Shown piece after piece: positions 10,625-21,552 of a DNA stretch of 64,000 nt. A program made the translations under genes and the position numbers. The stretch is from Colwellia sp. GTDB lineage: Bacteria > Pseudomonadota > Gammaproteobacteria > Enterobacterales > Alteromonadaceae. Positions within the stretch are counted from its first letter, which is position 1; the number at the start of each line of letters is the position of its first letter. The stretch is from contig JAWUYA010000007.1 in the NCBI GenBank assembly GCA_034111045.1, forward strand, positions 9,134 through 73,133. Reading direction: 5' to 3'. The notes under the pieces were generated by a model, which saw only the letters and a program-made list of their open reading frames with translations, did not search any database and was not told the origin of the DNA.

Positions 10625-11365
10625 TTAGAAACCCAAACGGTAACGGCCTTGTTTATCAGGCTTACCCAAAAAGGGTAATACTGCCTTTAAATTATCAGGG
10701 AATTTTTTAGCTGGTGTTAAATGACCATTACCGCTGAGCCCGTTGGAGCGTACATAGGTTATAAAAGATAAACCTAAATCATTTTTTTCATCCATGGTTA
10801 GCGCTAAAGCCCCCTGTTCACAGGATAACTTTGCCTCCAAACGACCTAATTTAACAGTTTTATTTAATGCCGATATTGACGGAGTTTGCCAAGTGATATT
10901 GCCTTGTGTTTCTTGACAAACAGGTTGACCAAGGATAAAAGTGTTAATCAATAGTTTGATATCACCACTGGCTACTAAAGGAACAGGCAAGGGTAATTGT
11001 TGAGCAATAGTATTCGCTGACACCACCAATTCGGCATCACTAATGACCATAGTATTTAGCAAGCCTGACATTGATAAATAACCACTTGGCCCTGCACTAA
11101 AATCATCGCCAAACTCTACGGCTAGACTTGGGTCTAAGGTAAAAAACGACCAAAAACTTAATGACGCTTGTACGTTGTCAATGGTGATTTTTGAGTGGAC
11201 AATTTCGTCAACAGTCATATCCCAAATAGTGCCCTTTACACCGTTCAAAACCATGTTTTTTGGTAAATTGACATAACTCAAAGCCAAATGAGCCGGTACA
11301 GCCGCTATGACAAAAGCCAAATACACGCTAAGAAAAATCCCCCCAATAACCAACCAATTTTTCAT
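10625..11365 (-). CDS. gspN: type II secretion system protein N
   Basis: It is the last gene of the gsp operon and has a single N-terminal TM helix. Size and position match GspN/EpsN. Confidence 0.7.
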   Translation of the reverse strand: MKNWLVIGGIFLSVYLAFVIAAVPAHLALSYVNLPKNMVLNGVKGTIWDMTVDEIVHSKITIDNVQASLSFWSFFTLDPSLAVEFGDDFSAGPSGYLSMSGLLNTMVISDAELVVSANTIAQQLPLPVPLVASGDIKLLINTFILGQPVCQETQGNITWQTPSISALNKTVKLGRLEAKLSCEQGALALTMDEKNDLGLSFITYVRSNGLSGNGHLTPAKKFPDNLKAVLPFLGKPDKQGRYRLGF

Positions 11366-11389
11366 TTTATATTCCTACCATTTCAAAGA

Positions 11390-11857
11390 TTAACTTTTAC
11401 CTAGCTGAAGTCTACGTACGCTTACTACACCGGGTTGCTCTGCACGTGATAAATCAATGCCTTTAACTTGTAATCCTTCACTAACAGAAAGTTGCTCTAA
11501 CCAGGTTAAAAGGTGTTGAAACGCCACTTCATCAATCCATACCTGTATTAAGTCGTCACCTTGTGGTTGCATACGAGTGACCGTTATCTGATAATCACTC
11601 GCCGTGCGGTTAACGATACTCGATAAACTGCCACTGTTTGCCGGACCACTGGCATTCATCTGCTGGTAACGCTCAGTATTACCATTGACCCAGGTTAACA
11701 AGGCCTGTTGCCTAGCAAGTTTCTTTATCGATTTATCTAAGCCCTCATTTAATGGCTGCCAAATAAAACTATAAAGCAAAAATATGCAAAATACTGTGCC
11801 CATAGCAGCAACTAGCTTTTGCTCACGACTATTGAGTTGTTGCCACCACTGTTTCAT
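11390..11857 (-). CDS. gspM: type II secretion system protein M
   Basis: It is 155 aa with an N-terminal TM helix and sits between gspL and gspN. It overlaps the gspL stop. Confidence 0.75.
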   Translation of the reverse strand: MKQWWQQLNSREQKLVAAMGTVFCIFLLYSFIWQPLNEGLDKSIKKLARQQALLTWVNGNTERYQQMNASGPANSGSLSSIVNRTASDYQITVTRMQPQGDDLIQVWIDEVAFQHLLTWLEQLSVSEGLQVKGIDLSRAEQPGVVSVRRLQLGKS

Positions 11858-13140
11858 GATCTGCCCCCTTTACTGCTTTGCTCAGCAATACTAAATGAGC
11901 CTGAGACTTGATCATCTTGGCTATTTTGTGCGCCTTGGGTAACACTTAACTTGGTTTTTTCAATTTCATTTTTAAATTTATCAAAATATTGATAGTCATT
12001 AGCAATTGCTTGAATACGGATCTCTTGACGTTTACCATCAAATTTTAGTGATTCTGGCTTTAACTCTGTCACCGCTTCAAATGCGGGACGAATCTTACTC
12101 AGCATGGTTAAGAAGCCGGCCTGAGAATCGGTTCCGCCGGCTTGGGCTAACTTGAGTTTCAATTGCGACTTAACCGTATTGACCCTCACATTTTTACTGT
12201 TGGGGAAAGTCGTTTGATAGCGAGTAACTATTGCTTGCTCAACAGCATCTAATTGAGCGTTTAACTGTAACAATTGTCCCCCTTTGAGGCCAACATTTAA
12301 CAGTAACGCAAAAATGGCAATACCTGCTGCCCATAACCAATGACCGATCACTGGTGAGCGTTGTTCTTTATATTGGAATTCACCTTGCAATAAATTAAAG
12401 GGTTGCTTTATTGCTTGTTGAGCAAGTAACGCCAATGGTAATTCCTCTGGCATAGCTTGAATATTTAATGCACTAACGCTATAAGGTAACACCGAATAGG
12501 CATTAATGCGTACTGCATTAGCTTCATTTTCATCTGCTGGTGTCTTATTTTTATCTTTGCTACTTTCAATCAATTGACGACTGATCACCGGCCAAGACTG
12601 ACAATCTATCGTCATGCCTTGCCAGGGACCTTGGCGAAGGATCACTTGCTCGTCTAATACAATCGCACTACAGCCATCAGTTACCAAAGGCATAGCAAGT
12701 GAGTCTGGTACCATTTTTTTAACGACAATATGAGCATCAACAAACCACTGCTGCCATTGTTGCATTAAAGCTCGGTCTATCGCGGCGACAAAACAATTAT
12801 AACTATTGGACTGTTCTGGCCCTTGATGAGCAATATCACCATAGGCAAAAAACATTTGCTCTACATCTTGTGCAATCTCTTCCTCCAACATGTAAGGTAC
12901 CGCTTGACGTATTGCCCGAGTTGATTTACTCGGTACCGTTAAGCTTTTAAAGACCAGATCACAGCTAGGGACTAACACAGTTACTTGTCTTTGCTGCGCC
13001 TTTTCACAGAGCTGTTGCAACTCACCGGCATTATTGAGTTTGCCACTGGCAATTATTTCTTCGTCATTGGCTGTGCGTATTAGCCAATGAATCGCATTTT
13101 GTGCTTGGCTACCAATGCGGATATATAAAATTTCGGCCAT
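11854..13140 (-). CDS. gspL: type II secretion system protein L
   Basis: It is 428 aa with a cytoplasmic domain, one TM helix (WLWAAGIAIFALLLNV) and a periplasmic domain. Its position in the operon fits. Confidence 0.8.
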   Translation of the reverse strand: MAEILYIRIGSQAQNAIHWLIRTANDEEIIASGKLNNAGELQQLCEKAQQRQVTVLVPSCDLVFKSLTVPSKSTRAIRQAVPYMLEEEIAQDVEQMFFAYGDIAHQGPEQSNSYNCFVAAIDRALMQQWQQWFVDAHIVVKKMVPDSLAMPLVTDGCSAIVLDEQVILRQGPWQGMTIDCQSWPVISRQLIESSKDKNKTPADENEANAVRINAYSVLPYSVSALNIQAMPEELPLALLAQQAIKQPFNLLQGEFQYKEQRSPVIGHWLWAAGIAIFALLLNVGLKGGQLLQLNAQLDAVEQAIVTRYQTTFPNSKNVRVNTVKSQLKLKLAQAGGTDSQAGFLTMLSKIRPAFEAVTELKPESLKFDGKRQEIRIQAIANDYQYFDKFKNEIEKTKLSVTQGAQNSQDDQVSGSFSIAEQSSKGGRS

Positions 13141-14138
13141 TAATGTCGTCCTATGGTACGGCTAATCACCGTAATATTTTTATTATTGACTATTTTCATC
13201 ACAGAGTTAAGCGAAAAATAACTGTCATTAAAACTGGCGGTGGTTTTGAGTGTAAAGTATTCGCTATCAACTACAAACTGATCTTTTAAAGCAGCTGACA
13301 AGTTGCTCCTCTTAACTTCAGGCAAGATAAAAAAATCATTTAAGTCTTTAAAGCCCTCTTCTTCTCGTGCAGACAAAATTTGATTCGCATCCTCTATGCT
13401 GATATTTAACAAGGCTTGCAATAATTGAGCACGGTCAGTGCTAATGGTATTAATATTAATTTTGTGTAAATCAGTACCCGGTATTACACAAACATAAGGT
13501 TTTATCGCATTAATTACAGGTACAGTAAAATGTGCGACTATTCTTAATTCTTCAACACTGGCTAAAAAATTATTAGCGGGCAAATAGGGGAATGCTAACG
13601 AAGCATAATCATTATCTTCAGCACCGCCTGCGCTACTAAGCCCACTGTCTTCATCAAGCCAGTCGGTTAACGCATCGGTCATCGACTCAGCTTCAAATTG
13701 ACCGACATTTTCAATATTTAAGGCAATGATCAGTTCTTCAAGCGCAGCTCTGGCGGGCGCTTGTGTTGTTCTTCCGGAACTATTACCTTGACCACTTACT
13801 CGTAACGCATTTAAATTCAAGCACGATTGTAAGTCACTAATTTCGCCACTGATTTGTCCATAATCAACAGGATAAGTTGTTTCACCTTGTGCCCATATTT
13901 GTCCTAAGTTGGTGCTGTCGGTCTCCTCTTCAAAAGCGGTAATCAACACCCTTTTAGCAAAAGCCTCTGCCCCCATGGCATACCAATAAGCTTGTTGATT
14001 AAAAACAATATTGGTTGACCGCTGCATTTGTAACTGCAAGCGCGCGGTCATCTCTGTTGCTAAAATAGCGGCTAAGGCAACAATAAGTAACACGGTAACT
14101 AAGGCAACACCTTGTTGTTTATTATGCGCCCTCGCCAT
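13140..14138 (-). CDS. gspK: type II secretion minor pseudopilin K
   Basis: The N-terminal hydrophobic segment is QQGVALVTVLLIVAL. Its size of 332 aa and its position after gspJ fit GspK. AAGGTGG lies upstream of the ATG. Confidence 0.8.
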   Translation of the reverse strand: MARAHNKQQGVALVTVLLIVALAAILATEMTARLQLQMQRSTNIVFNQQAYWYAMGAEAFAKRVLITAFEEETDSTNLGQIWAQGETTYPVDYGQISGEISDLQSCLNLNALRVSGQGNSSGRTTQAPARAALEELIIALNIENVGQFEAESMTDALTDWLDEDSGLSSAGGAEDNDYASLAFPYLPANNFLASVEELRIVAHFTVPVINAIKPYVCVIPGTDLHKININTISTDRAQLLQALLNISIEDANQILSAREEEGFKDLNDFFILPEVKRSNLSAALKDQFVVDSEYFTLKTTASFNDSYFSLNSVMKIVNNKNITVISRTIGRH

Positions 14139-14228
14139 TTAAATACCCACCTTAGTCACTAAACTATAGACAGAGCGTTTTGAGTCTGATGAGTTCTTGT
14201 TTCTTCTGGGCTTGGTCTTGTTTGGCAA

Positions 14229-14867
14229 TTAAAAATCCCCTGCAACAATAAACTGCCGACGAATTAAACCATAGTCTTCGAGCTGAAGTTCTATGGCTAT
14301 CGCTAAAGGAATTTTTTTATTCTCTAATTTTTTTTGCCATTTTTTTCCATCATAAAACTCAAAGACCAATTGCTCTACACCGGTAATTAAGGGCCGGACT
14401 TTCGGCTCTTGACCAACCACAGCATCAACAAAATTGAAATGTAAGCGTTCTAACGTTTTTTCATTTAATTGATAAGCTACAGACTGCATATTACTTCGCG
14501 GTAACAATAAACCTGGATTGGTCCAACCACTCCGAACAAAGCCTAACATTTGAGAGTCAGCAGTAGAGCTACTACTGTCCGTATGGATAAATTTTTCTAA
14601 TGGTGGTTCACCATTGAAGCGAATACTCCGGCGAGCAATTTGTAAAAAATCACGTTCCATTAATAAAAATGCCCGTTGTAATTCATTTTGTCTTGAGCTG
14701 CTTTGCTGTGAATTTTTATCTGCATTTAAAATAGTATCGAACAGGGTAAAACTAGATAAGCTGATCACTGAAAAAATAGCAATCGCTAACAATACTTCAA
14801 GTAACGTAAAGCCGTTAGCTTTAACTTTCCTTGACTGATAAATAACGATGCTAGCTGGGTTGATCAT
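14229..14867 (-). CDS. gspJ: type II secretion minor pseudopilin J
   Basis: The prepilin N-terminal methylation motif GFTLLEVLLAIAIF is present and the operon position fits. Confidence 0.85.
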   Translation of the reverse strand: MINPASIVIYQSRKVKANGFTLLEVLLAIAIFSVISLSSFTLFDTILNADKNSQQSSSRQNELQRAFLLMERDFLQIARRSIRFNGEPPLEKFIHTDSSSSTADSQMLGFVRSGWTNPGLLLPRSNMQSVAYQLNEKTLERLHFNFVDAVVGQEPKVRPLITGVEQLVFEFYDGKKWQKKLENKKIPLAIAIELQLEDYGLIRRQFIVAGDF

Positions 14868-15250
14868 TATTTTTCAACTTTAGATAGATAGGTTATCAAG
14901 CTGGTTACTGCTTGCTTATCACCTTCAGTGAGACGCACTTCCATCAAAATAGCACGCATATCTTTATCTGTCGTTTTAATGACTTTTTGTTGCCAATACC
15001 ATTCTCGCCCAGCCATTGTCACCTGCCCTTTTTTATTGTTTTTGGGCGGCCATGTGGTATCGATACTGGTGGCAACTAATTGATTAGAGGCAATCCAACT
15101 CGCTAACATTTTTGTTTCTAGATTACTTATATGGGTAAAATTATTGCCTGCAGCTCCTAAGAGCGACACGCCGGCAATAGCAAACACCGCCATCGCCAGT
15201 AGCACTTCTAATAGGGTAAAGCCTGAGCTTTTGCATGGCCTATTTTTCAT
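14867..15250 (-). CDS. gspI: type II secretion minor pseudopilin I
   Basis: The motif GFTLLEVLLAMAVF is present. It is 127 aa and the operon position fits. Confidence 0.85.
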   Translation of the reverse strand: MKNRPCKSSGFTLLEVLLAMAVFAIAGVSLLGAAGNNFTHISNLETKMLASWIASNQLVATSIDTTWPPKNNKKGQVTMAGREWYWQQKVIKTTDKDMRAILMEVRLTEGDKQAVTSLITYLSKVEK

Positions 15251-15956
15251 CGAGTTTAGGTCCCTCTATTTTCAGCGGCACGCTATAAATGCCAGTCACT
15301 CGATATGCTGGTTGGATTTCTCCAAAATCAATTTCATCGGCGAACTCTTCATCTAAATGGAAGGTTAAACTGAATGGGCTGATGTCTCCACCTGATAAAA
15401 TATACACTTGAGGAAAGAGTTTTTTGGTTTTTTTATTATTGGCGTTACTTGTCTTACTTGAGCCAGGGTCATCGTTCTGACGAGCGACTTCTTTGTCGTC
15501 TTCATCATCAAAAGCATTGTCGTTATCATCGCCCTTGGCAAAACCACTTTCTTCCAATAACTGAGTATCAAACAATAATGGCTCTTCAATGGGTAAGTCA
15601 TCAAGCGCTAACGTTATAGATACCCCTTCAGGTAAGGTGGTTGAAACTAGTAACTCATTTTCACCCACATCCGTCCAGCGTTTGCCATCATAAGCTAAGA
15701 ACTGATAACTGGTTTTTTCAACTAACAGCCCTAATTCAATATTATTGAGCATGGAATATTCGGCAGCAAGTTCAAACATTCCGGCAAAGCGAAGACTCGT
15801 TTGTTGTAATAACTTTTCTTTTTTATCGCCACCCGCATTAAATTGAACGAAGGTGGCCATTACGCCAATCAGCATAATAACTAACATCATTTCTATCAAG
15901 GTAAAACCTGACGTTTTATTAATGATTTGCACTGGTGATAATAACTTAGCCTTCAT
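15240..15956 (-). CDS. gspH: type II secretion minor pseudopilin H (with an acidic low-complexity insertion)
   Basis: The motif GFTLIEMMLVIMLIG is present and the operon position fits. It is 238 aa including a charged stretch of about 45 aa (see findings). Confidence 0.8.
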   Translation of the reverse strand: MKAKLLSPVQIINKTSGFTLIEMMLVIMLIGVMATFVQFNAGGDKKEKLLQQTSLRFAGMFELAAEYSMLNNIELGLLVEKTSYQFLAYDGKRWTDVGENELLVSTTLPEGVSITLALDDLPIEEPLLFDTQLLEESGFAKGDDNDNAFDDEDDKEVARQNDDPGSSKTSNANNKKTKKLFPQVYILSGGDISPFSLTFHLDEEFADEIDFGEIQPAYRVTGIYSVPLKIEGPKLDEK

Positions 15957-15993
15957 AACTATTGCTCAAAAAAACACTTAACCAATATTAGCT

Positions 15994-16431
15994 TTATTGA
16001 TAGTTGCCTAAATTCCAATTGCCAATATCATCTTCAGTACCTGGTTCACCGTCTGGTCCCATAGAAAAAACATCCATCTTGCCATTTTCACCTGGATTTA
16101 ATAATTGATATTCATTACCCCAGGGATCATTAGGTAAACGTTGCACATACCCCCCGTCAGCAAAGCGACGCGGCTCTGGTTCAATATCGGTTTCTGTGAT
16201 TAAGGCGTCAAGACCTTGATCGGTAGTGGGGTAATCGTAATTGTCCATTTTATACATTTTTAATGAAGTTTCTAAGGCACTTACATCAGATACCGCTTTT
16301 TGCATATTGGCACGGTCTTGACTACCCATTAAGTTGGGTACGACCATGCTGGCAAGAATACCAATAATAACCACTACTACCATCATTTCTAAGATGGTAA
16401 AACCACGATTCATTTTTACATTAGTTTTCAT
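15994..16431 (-). CDS. gspG: type II secretion major pseudopilin G
   Basis: GFTILEMMVVVVIIGILA...DPWGNEYQLLNPGENGKMDVFSMGPDG is the highly conserved GspG sequence. Confidence 0.95.
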   Translation of the reverse strand: MKTNVKMNRGFTILEMMVVVVIIGILASMVVPNLMGSQDRANMQKAVSDVSALETSLKMYKMDNYDYPTTDQGLDALITETDIEPEPRRFADGGYVQRLPNDPWGNEYQLLNPGENGKMDVFSMGPDGEPGTEDDIGNWNLGNYQ

Positions 16432-16458
16432 AATATTTTCCTACTAGCTGATTGAATT

Positions 16459-17685
16459 TTACCCACCGACTAGGGTGTTTAATTGTAAAATTGGCTCTAA
16501 GATTGCGACCACAATAAATAAGACCACTACCGCCATTGATACCATTAATGCAGGCTCAAAGGCTTTCAGTGAAATGTTGATCAGTGCTTCAAATTCTCTA
16601 TCTTGATTATCGGCGGCTCGTCCTAGCATGTGTTCTAATTTTCCACTTTTTTCACCACTGGCGATCATATGTAGCATCATAGGTGGGAATAGTTTGGTTT
16701 GCTCCAAAGCCACTCGTAAACTTGCTCCTTCTCTGACCCGATCAGAGGCTGCTGTTACTTGCTTTTTCATGTATAAATTATCTAACACATCTCCCGATAT
16801 TTTCATGCTATCGAGTAAGGGTACTGCACTAGCGGTTAAAATACTTAACGTGCGAGAAAACCTAGCCGTATTAACTCCCCTAACTACCTTGCCGATAGCA
16901 GGTATTGCAATTAATCGTTGATGAAAGGCGAGTTTAAACGCCGGCTTTTTCAATAACTGACTAAAGACCAATAAAAGTCCGGCGATACCTAAAACTAAAG
17001 ATAGGCCATACGCTTGTAAAAAATCACTACTGGCGATTAAAAATCGTGTTGTGCCCGGCAGATTCTCGCCCATATGTTCAAATTGACCGACAATTTTAGG
17101 CACAACTTTGGTTAATAGTATCGCAATAACACCGACAGCCACCACGGTCATAATAATAGGATACACCAAGGCTTGTATAAGTTGTGAACGCATTTGCTGA
17201 CGTTGCTCGGTGTAATCAGCTAAACGGTCAAGTACTTTATCGAGATGTCCTGATTTTTCTCCAGCGGCTACCATAGCGCGAAACAGGTAGTTAAAAACCT
17301 GAGGGTATTCAGCCATACTTTCTGCTAAAGCGTAACCTTCAGTCACTTTAGTACGTACGGCCATGATCATGCTTTTTAAACTGTTCTTTTCACATTGTTC
17401 AGCAACTGCCATAAGCGACTCTTCAAGCGGTAAACCTGACTCAACTAGGGTCGCTAACTGACGAGTGATCAAGGCCAATTCACTTGAAGAGACCTTACCG
17501 CCTTTTATTTTCCCCTTGCTAAAGTGTTGACCTGAAGATTTTCTTGCTAAACTAGGGGTCACTTCTGTTGGCATCAAGCCCTGTTCACGCAGTGAATTAC
17601 GCACTTGTCTGGCGGTATCACTTTCGATAACCCCTTTTTTAATTTTGCCGCGGCTATCTACCGCTTGATAATCAAATGCTGCCAT
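16459..17685 (-). CDS. gspF: type II secretion inner-membrane platform protein F
   Basis: It is 408 aa with the duplicated GspF domain architecture and three TM segments. The operon position fits. Confidence 0.95.
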   Translation of the reverse strand: MAAFDYQAVDSRGKIKKGVIESDTARQVRNSLREQGLMPTEVTPSLARKSSGQHFSKGKIKGGKVSSSELALITRQLATLVESGLPLEESLMAVAEQCEKNSLKSMIMAVRTKVTEGYALAESMAEYPQVFNYLFRAMVAAGEKSGHLDKVLDRLADYTEQRQQMRSQLIQALVYPIIMTVVAVGVIAILLTKVVPKIVGQFEHMGENLPGTTRFLIASSDFLQAYGLSLVLGIAGLLLVFSQLLKKPAFKLAFHQRLIAIPAIGKVVRGVNTARFSRTLSILTASAVPLLDSMKISGDVLDNLYMKKQVTAASDRVREGASLRVALEQTKLFPPMMLHMIASGEKSGKLEHMLGRAADNQDREFEALINISLKAFEPALMVSMAVVVLFIVVAILEPILQLNTLVGG

Positions 17686-17696
17686 AATTAACTTGC

Positions 17697-19304
17697 CTAA
17701 TCCTCACGTGTGACACGTAAGACTTCTTCGAGGGTGGTAATACCTTCCATTACCCTATCAAAACCATTTCGTCTGATACTAGGGATTGATTTACGTAAAT
17801 ATTTTTCTATCGCTTGTTCACCTTTACCGTTATGAATCAGTTCACGGACTTTTTCATCAACCGGTAATAATTCATGAATACCGGTTCGACCACGGTAGCC
17901 TTTAAAATTACATTGAGCACAGCCAACCGCTCGATAAATCACCTCTTTGTTTTCTTTTACTAAGCCTAACAAATGCAATTCTTCTGCATCAGGTAAGTGA
18001 CTTTCTCGGCAATGTGGGCATAAAGTCCGCACTAATCGCTGCGCTAGCACCCCTAGTAAACTCGACGATAACAAGAAAGGTTCAACACCCATATCTTCCA
18101 TACGAGTGATAGCACCGGTTGCAGTATTAGTATGTAATGTAGAGAGGACTAAGTGACCGGTTAAACTCGCCTGTACGGCAATTTGCGCGGTTTCGAGATC
18201 GCGAATCTCACCGATCATAACCACATCGGGGTCTTGACGTAAAATAGCACGTAATCCTCGGGCAAAAGTCATGTCCACTTTAGTATTTACTTGGGTCTGA
18301 CCTATGCCTTCAATAGCGTATTCAATGGGGTCTTCAACAGTTAAAATATTACGTTCTTTAGCGTCAATTTGCGTTAATCCGGCATAAAGCGTAGTACTTT
18401 TACCTGAGCCTGTCGGGCCGGTGACTAGAATAATACCATGAGGTTTTTCAATAAGTGCTGAGAATAACCCACGATTCGTTGCTGTCATGCCAAGGTCTTC
18501 GAGATCAAGACGTACTGAGTTTTTATCGAGTAAACGTAATACTACTCGCTCGCCATGACCGGTCGGCATAGTAGACACCCTGACATCAACGGCACGACCG
18601 CCAATTTTTAACGATATTCGACCATCTTGAGGGATCCGCTTTTCGGCAATATCTAGTTTGGCCATAACCTTGATACGTGACACTAACAATGACGCTAACT
18701 TACGGTGTGGTTTTAGTACTTCTCTTAAAACGCCATCAATACGAAAACGAATTTGCAGCGAACTTTCAAAGGTTTCAATATGAATATCAGAGGCATTTTC
18801 TTTGATGGCTTCACTGAGCATAGCGTTGATTAATTTGATGATAGGAGCATCACCTTCATTTTCTAATAAATCTTCACTTTCTGTTATTTCATCAGCCAGT
18901 GAGTAAAGATCGACCTCATTACCTATGTCTTCCATCATTTGCTGTGCTTCAGATGAATCACGCTGATAGACTTCAGTCAATAACGTTTCAAAATCATTGA
19001 GCTTAAGAAAATCAAAGCGAAATGGCGCGCGAAGCATCCGACGTGTTTCTAAAATAGCGACCTGACTCACATTTTCTAAGCAATGCAAAATAAAACCCTG
19101 GTCGTCTTGACTGAGTAATACATTAAAACGTTGCGCATAACCAAAGGGCAAACGTAACCGTTGCACAACTTGTAAATGGTCAGCCTCAGCGCCTTGTTGC
19201 GCTGAGTGAGTTTTCAGCGAGGTCTCATCAGACAAATTATCTATGTATAACTCATCAATCGCGGCTGAAATTTCGCCTTCAGTGGGCTCAGTCACGTCAG
19301 TCAT
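17697..19304 (-). CDS. gspE: type II secretion ATPase E
   Basis: Walker [10 protein letters not shown] is present, along with Asp and His boxes and the tetracysteine motif CPHC...CAQC. Confidence 0.95.
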   Translation of the reverse strand: MTDVTEPTEGEISAAIDELYIDNLSDETSLKTHSAQQGAEADHLQVVQRLRLPFGYAQRFNVLLSQDDQGFILHCLENVSQVAILETRRMLRAPFRFDFLKLNDFETLLTEVYQRDSSEAQQMMEDIGNEVDLYSLADEITESEDLLENEGDAPIIKLINAMLSEAIKENASDIHIETFESSLQIRFRIDGVLREVLKPHRKLASLLVSRIKVMAKLDIAEKRIPQDGRISLKIGGRAVDVRVSTMPTGHGERVVLRLLDKNSVRLDLEDLGMTATNRGLFSALIEKPHGIILVTGPTGSGKSTTLYAGLTQIDAKERNILTVEDPIEYAIEGIGQTQVNTKVDMTFARGLRAILRQDPDVVMIGEIRDLETAQIAVQASLTGHLVLSTLHTNTATGAITRMEDMGVEPFLLSSSLLGVLAQRLVRTLCPHCRESHLPDAEELHLLGLVKENKEVIYRAVGCAQCNFKGYRGRTGIHELLPVDEKVRELIHNGKGEQAIEKYLRKSIPSIRRNGFDRVMEGITTLEEVLRVTRED

Positions 19305-21481
19305 TATTGCTCTTGGCTGTCTATGCTAATAGGTTGAACGTCAAGACGCTCTAAATTATTGAGCTCTTCGGTACTCCCTGCATTATTTTCTTTTTTACCT
19401 TCACCCATATATTCATCAAAAGAGGGAGGAAGTGCTAATGCATCATTCCAATGGGGTAATAAGGGCAAGTTGTCATTTTTCATTAACGACAAGCCTTCTT
19501 CTTGTTTGCGTAATTGATCCGCACGAATAAAGTTATATTTATCTTTGGCCATGGTATTCATCATGGCACTACTAGTGATAATGGTTGGACGAATAAAAAC
19601 CATTAAGTTACGTTTTCTGGTGGTATTGCTCGATGACTTAAATAAGTGGCCAATAAAAGGAATATCGCCAAGAAGCGGGACTTTCTGCACACTTTCTTGA
19701 ACATCTTCGTCAATCAAACCACCTAAAATTACTGTTTCTCCGGTATTTGCCATCACCGTTGTTTTGATTTCGCGTTTATTAATTGCAATATCAACGCCGG
19801 TAGTACCACTGACTGAGGAAACCTCTTGTTCAATGGTCAACTGCACGCCAGAGCCTTCATTAACTTGTGGTGTTACTCGAAGTTTAATACCCACTTCTTG
19901 ACGATCGACTGTTTGAAAAGGATTATTGTTATTACTACCTGTCGCTGAACCGGTGATAATCGGCACTTCTTGACCAACAATAAAATAGGCTTCTTCGTTT
20001 TCTAAGGTGGTGATGCTCGGCGTTGCTAAAATATTAGAATTGGTGTCCCTGCTGACGGCTTGAATGATGGCCCCCCAGTCATTTTTTATAATACCAAACA
20101 TCATACCGCTAACAGAGCCTAAAGCGTTGGCCAATAATGAATAATCACCATCAACGTCAGGTTTAGAATAACCTGCTTGGATCACCTCATTACTGTCATT
20201 GAGTAACGCCGGGACAAACTCACCTTTTGTAGTTTCTGCAGCAAGAGCTCCTGCGGCAACAGAGCTAATCGGTGCAGTGCCATTATTAAATTGGGTAAAG
20301 CCTCCTTGTTCGCTATACCACTGAACACCTAACTGCACACCATCACTTTCAAAGACTTCAACAATAATAGCTTCTATCAGCACTTGTGCTCTTGGTACAT
20401 CAAGTTTGTAAATGACTGCAGAAAGTGATCGTAACATATCAGGTTGAGCGGTAATAACTAAGGTATTGGTCGATTCATGGGCTTCAATACTGATATTACG
20501 ACTTTTACGACTACTTTTTTTCGATTGTCCCGATTGAGCTTCCGCTTCAATAGACTCACTAACGCCCTTTAAAACTTTGACTAAATCTTCTGACTTAGCA
20601 TATTTAAGATAAAATACTCGGGTATTACCGATTGACTCAAGTTCGCTATCTAATCGCGAGATTAATTTAACCACACGCTCTCTTGCTTTAATTTCACCAC
20701 TGATAATGACACTGTTAGTGCGCTCATCAGCAACAATTTTAGGAATTAAAAACGTTGGCGTCCCTGATTTACCTCCGGCTGTTTTATTCATCGCTTCAAT
20801 GATACGGACAATTTCACTGGCTGAAGCATACTGTAAATTAATAATTTTTACGTCTTGATCGCCGGCTCTATCGACTGTTTCAATGATTTTAACCAAACGA
20901 TTAACCACCGCAGCAGTGCCGGTTAACATAATGACGTTCGCCGGGTCATAATTAACAACATTACCGCCACCGGCTTGGTCAGAAAGTTGACGAAGTAGTG
21001 GCACCAATTCGCGTACAGTTACATTTTTAACTTCAACCACTCGGGTGACCATTTCATCACCCATGCCTGGGTCGTCACTATCAACCACAGGAATAGAAGA
21101 GGTTTTAGCGTCTTTATCGCGAATGATTTTAATGATGTTATTGTCCATCTTGACCGCAGAAAATCCAGAGACTTCTAAGACATTTAAGAAAAATTGGTAA
21201 TATTGGGCTTCCGTTAAGACATCATAACTGCGGACATTGATTTTGCCACGAACATTGGGATAAACGATCATGGTTTTTTTCAAATTCTTGCCCACGATAT
21301 TCACAAACTCAGTAATCTCAGTATTTTTGAAATTAGGGGAATAATTGGCCGCACTGACTGAGGTGCTAATTAACATCCCATGAAACAATAGTGCGGTAAA
21401 AAAAACTGAGCGACCATTTGTTAATGAATGTGCACTGCGACTATTCCATATAAAAAGTACGCGTTGACATAAGTTGCGCAT
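19304..21481 (-). CDS. gspD: type II secretion secretin D
   Basis: N0-N3 domains and a C-terminal secretin domain ([15 protein letters not shown]) are present. ATG at 21481 is preferred because GAGGAA lies 8 nt upstream. The track start at 21496 adds 5 codons. Confidence 0.95.
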   Translation of the reverse strand: MRNLCQRVLFIWNSRSAHSLTNGRSVFFTALLFHGMLISTSVSAANYSPNFKNTEITEFVNIVGKNLKKTMIVYPNVRGKINVRSYDVLTEAQYYQFFLNVLEVSGFSAVKMDNNIIKIIRDKDAKTSSIPVVDSDDPGMGDEMVTRVVEVKNVTVRELVPLLRQLSDQAGGGNVVNYDPANVIMLTGTAAVVNRLVKIIETVDRAGDQDVKIINLQYASASEIVRIIEAMNKTAGGKSGTPTFLIPKIVADERTNSVIISGEIKARERVVKLISRLDSELESIGNTRVFYLKYAKSEDLVKVLKGVSESIEAEAQSGQSKKSSRKSRNISIEAHESTNTLVITAQPDMLRSLSAVIYKLDVPRAQVLIEAIIVEVFESDGVQLGVQWYSEQGGFTQFNNGTAPISSVAAGALAAETTKGEFVPALLNDSNEVIQAGYSKPDVDGDYSLLANALGSVSGMMFGIIKNDWGAIIQAVSRDTNSNILATPSITTLENEEAYFIVGQEVPIITGSATGSNNNNPFQTVDRQEVGIKLRVTPQVNEGSGVQLTIEQEVSSVSGTTGVDIAINKREIKTTVMANTGETVILGGLIDEDVQESVQKVPLLGDIPFIGHLFKSSSNTTRKRNLMVFIRPTIITSSAMMNTMAKDKYNFIRADQLRKQEEGLSLMKNDNLPLLPHWNDALALPPSFDEYMGEGKKENNAGSTEELNNLERLDVQPISIDSQEQ

Positions 21482-21552
21482 AAAAAAATTCCTCATTACT
21501 TCTCTATCTTTATTGATTTGTTTAGTTAGTTGTTGAGTTAGTTATCTACTGT

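Noticed and set aside
14139-14228. 90-nt gap between gspJ and gspK, where pseudopilin genes usually abut, checked for a hidden small ORF or structure
   Set aside because: It has no ORF and no convincing hairpin. It contains only a good AAGGTGG Shine-Dalgarno sequence for gspK, so it is probably just a spacer.
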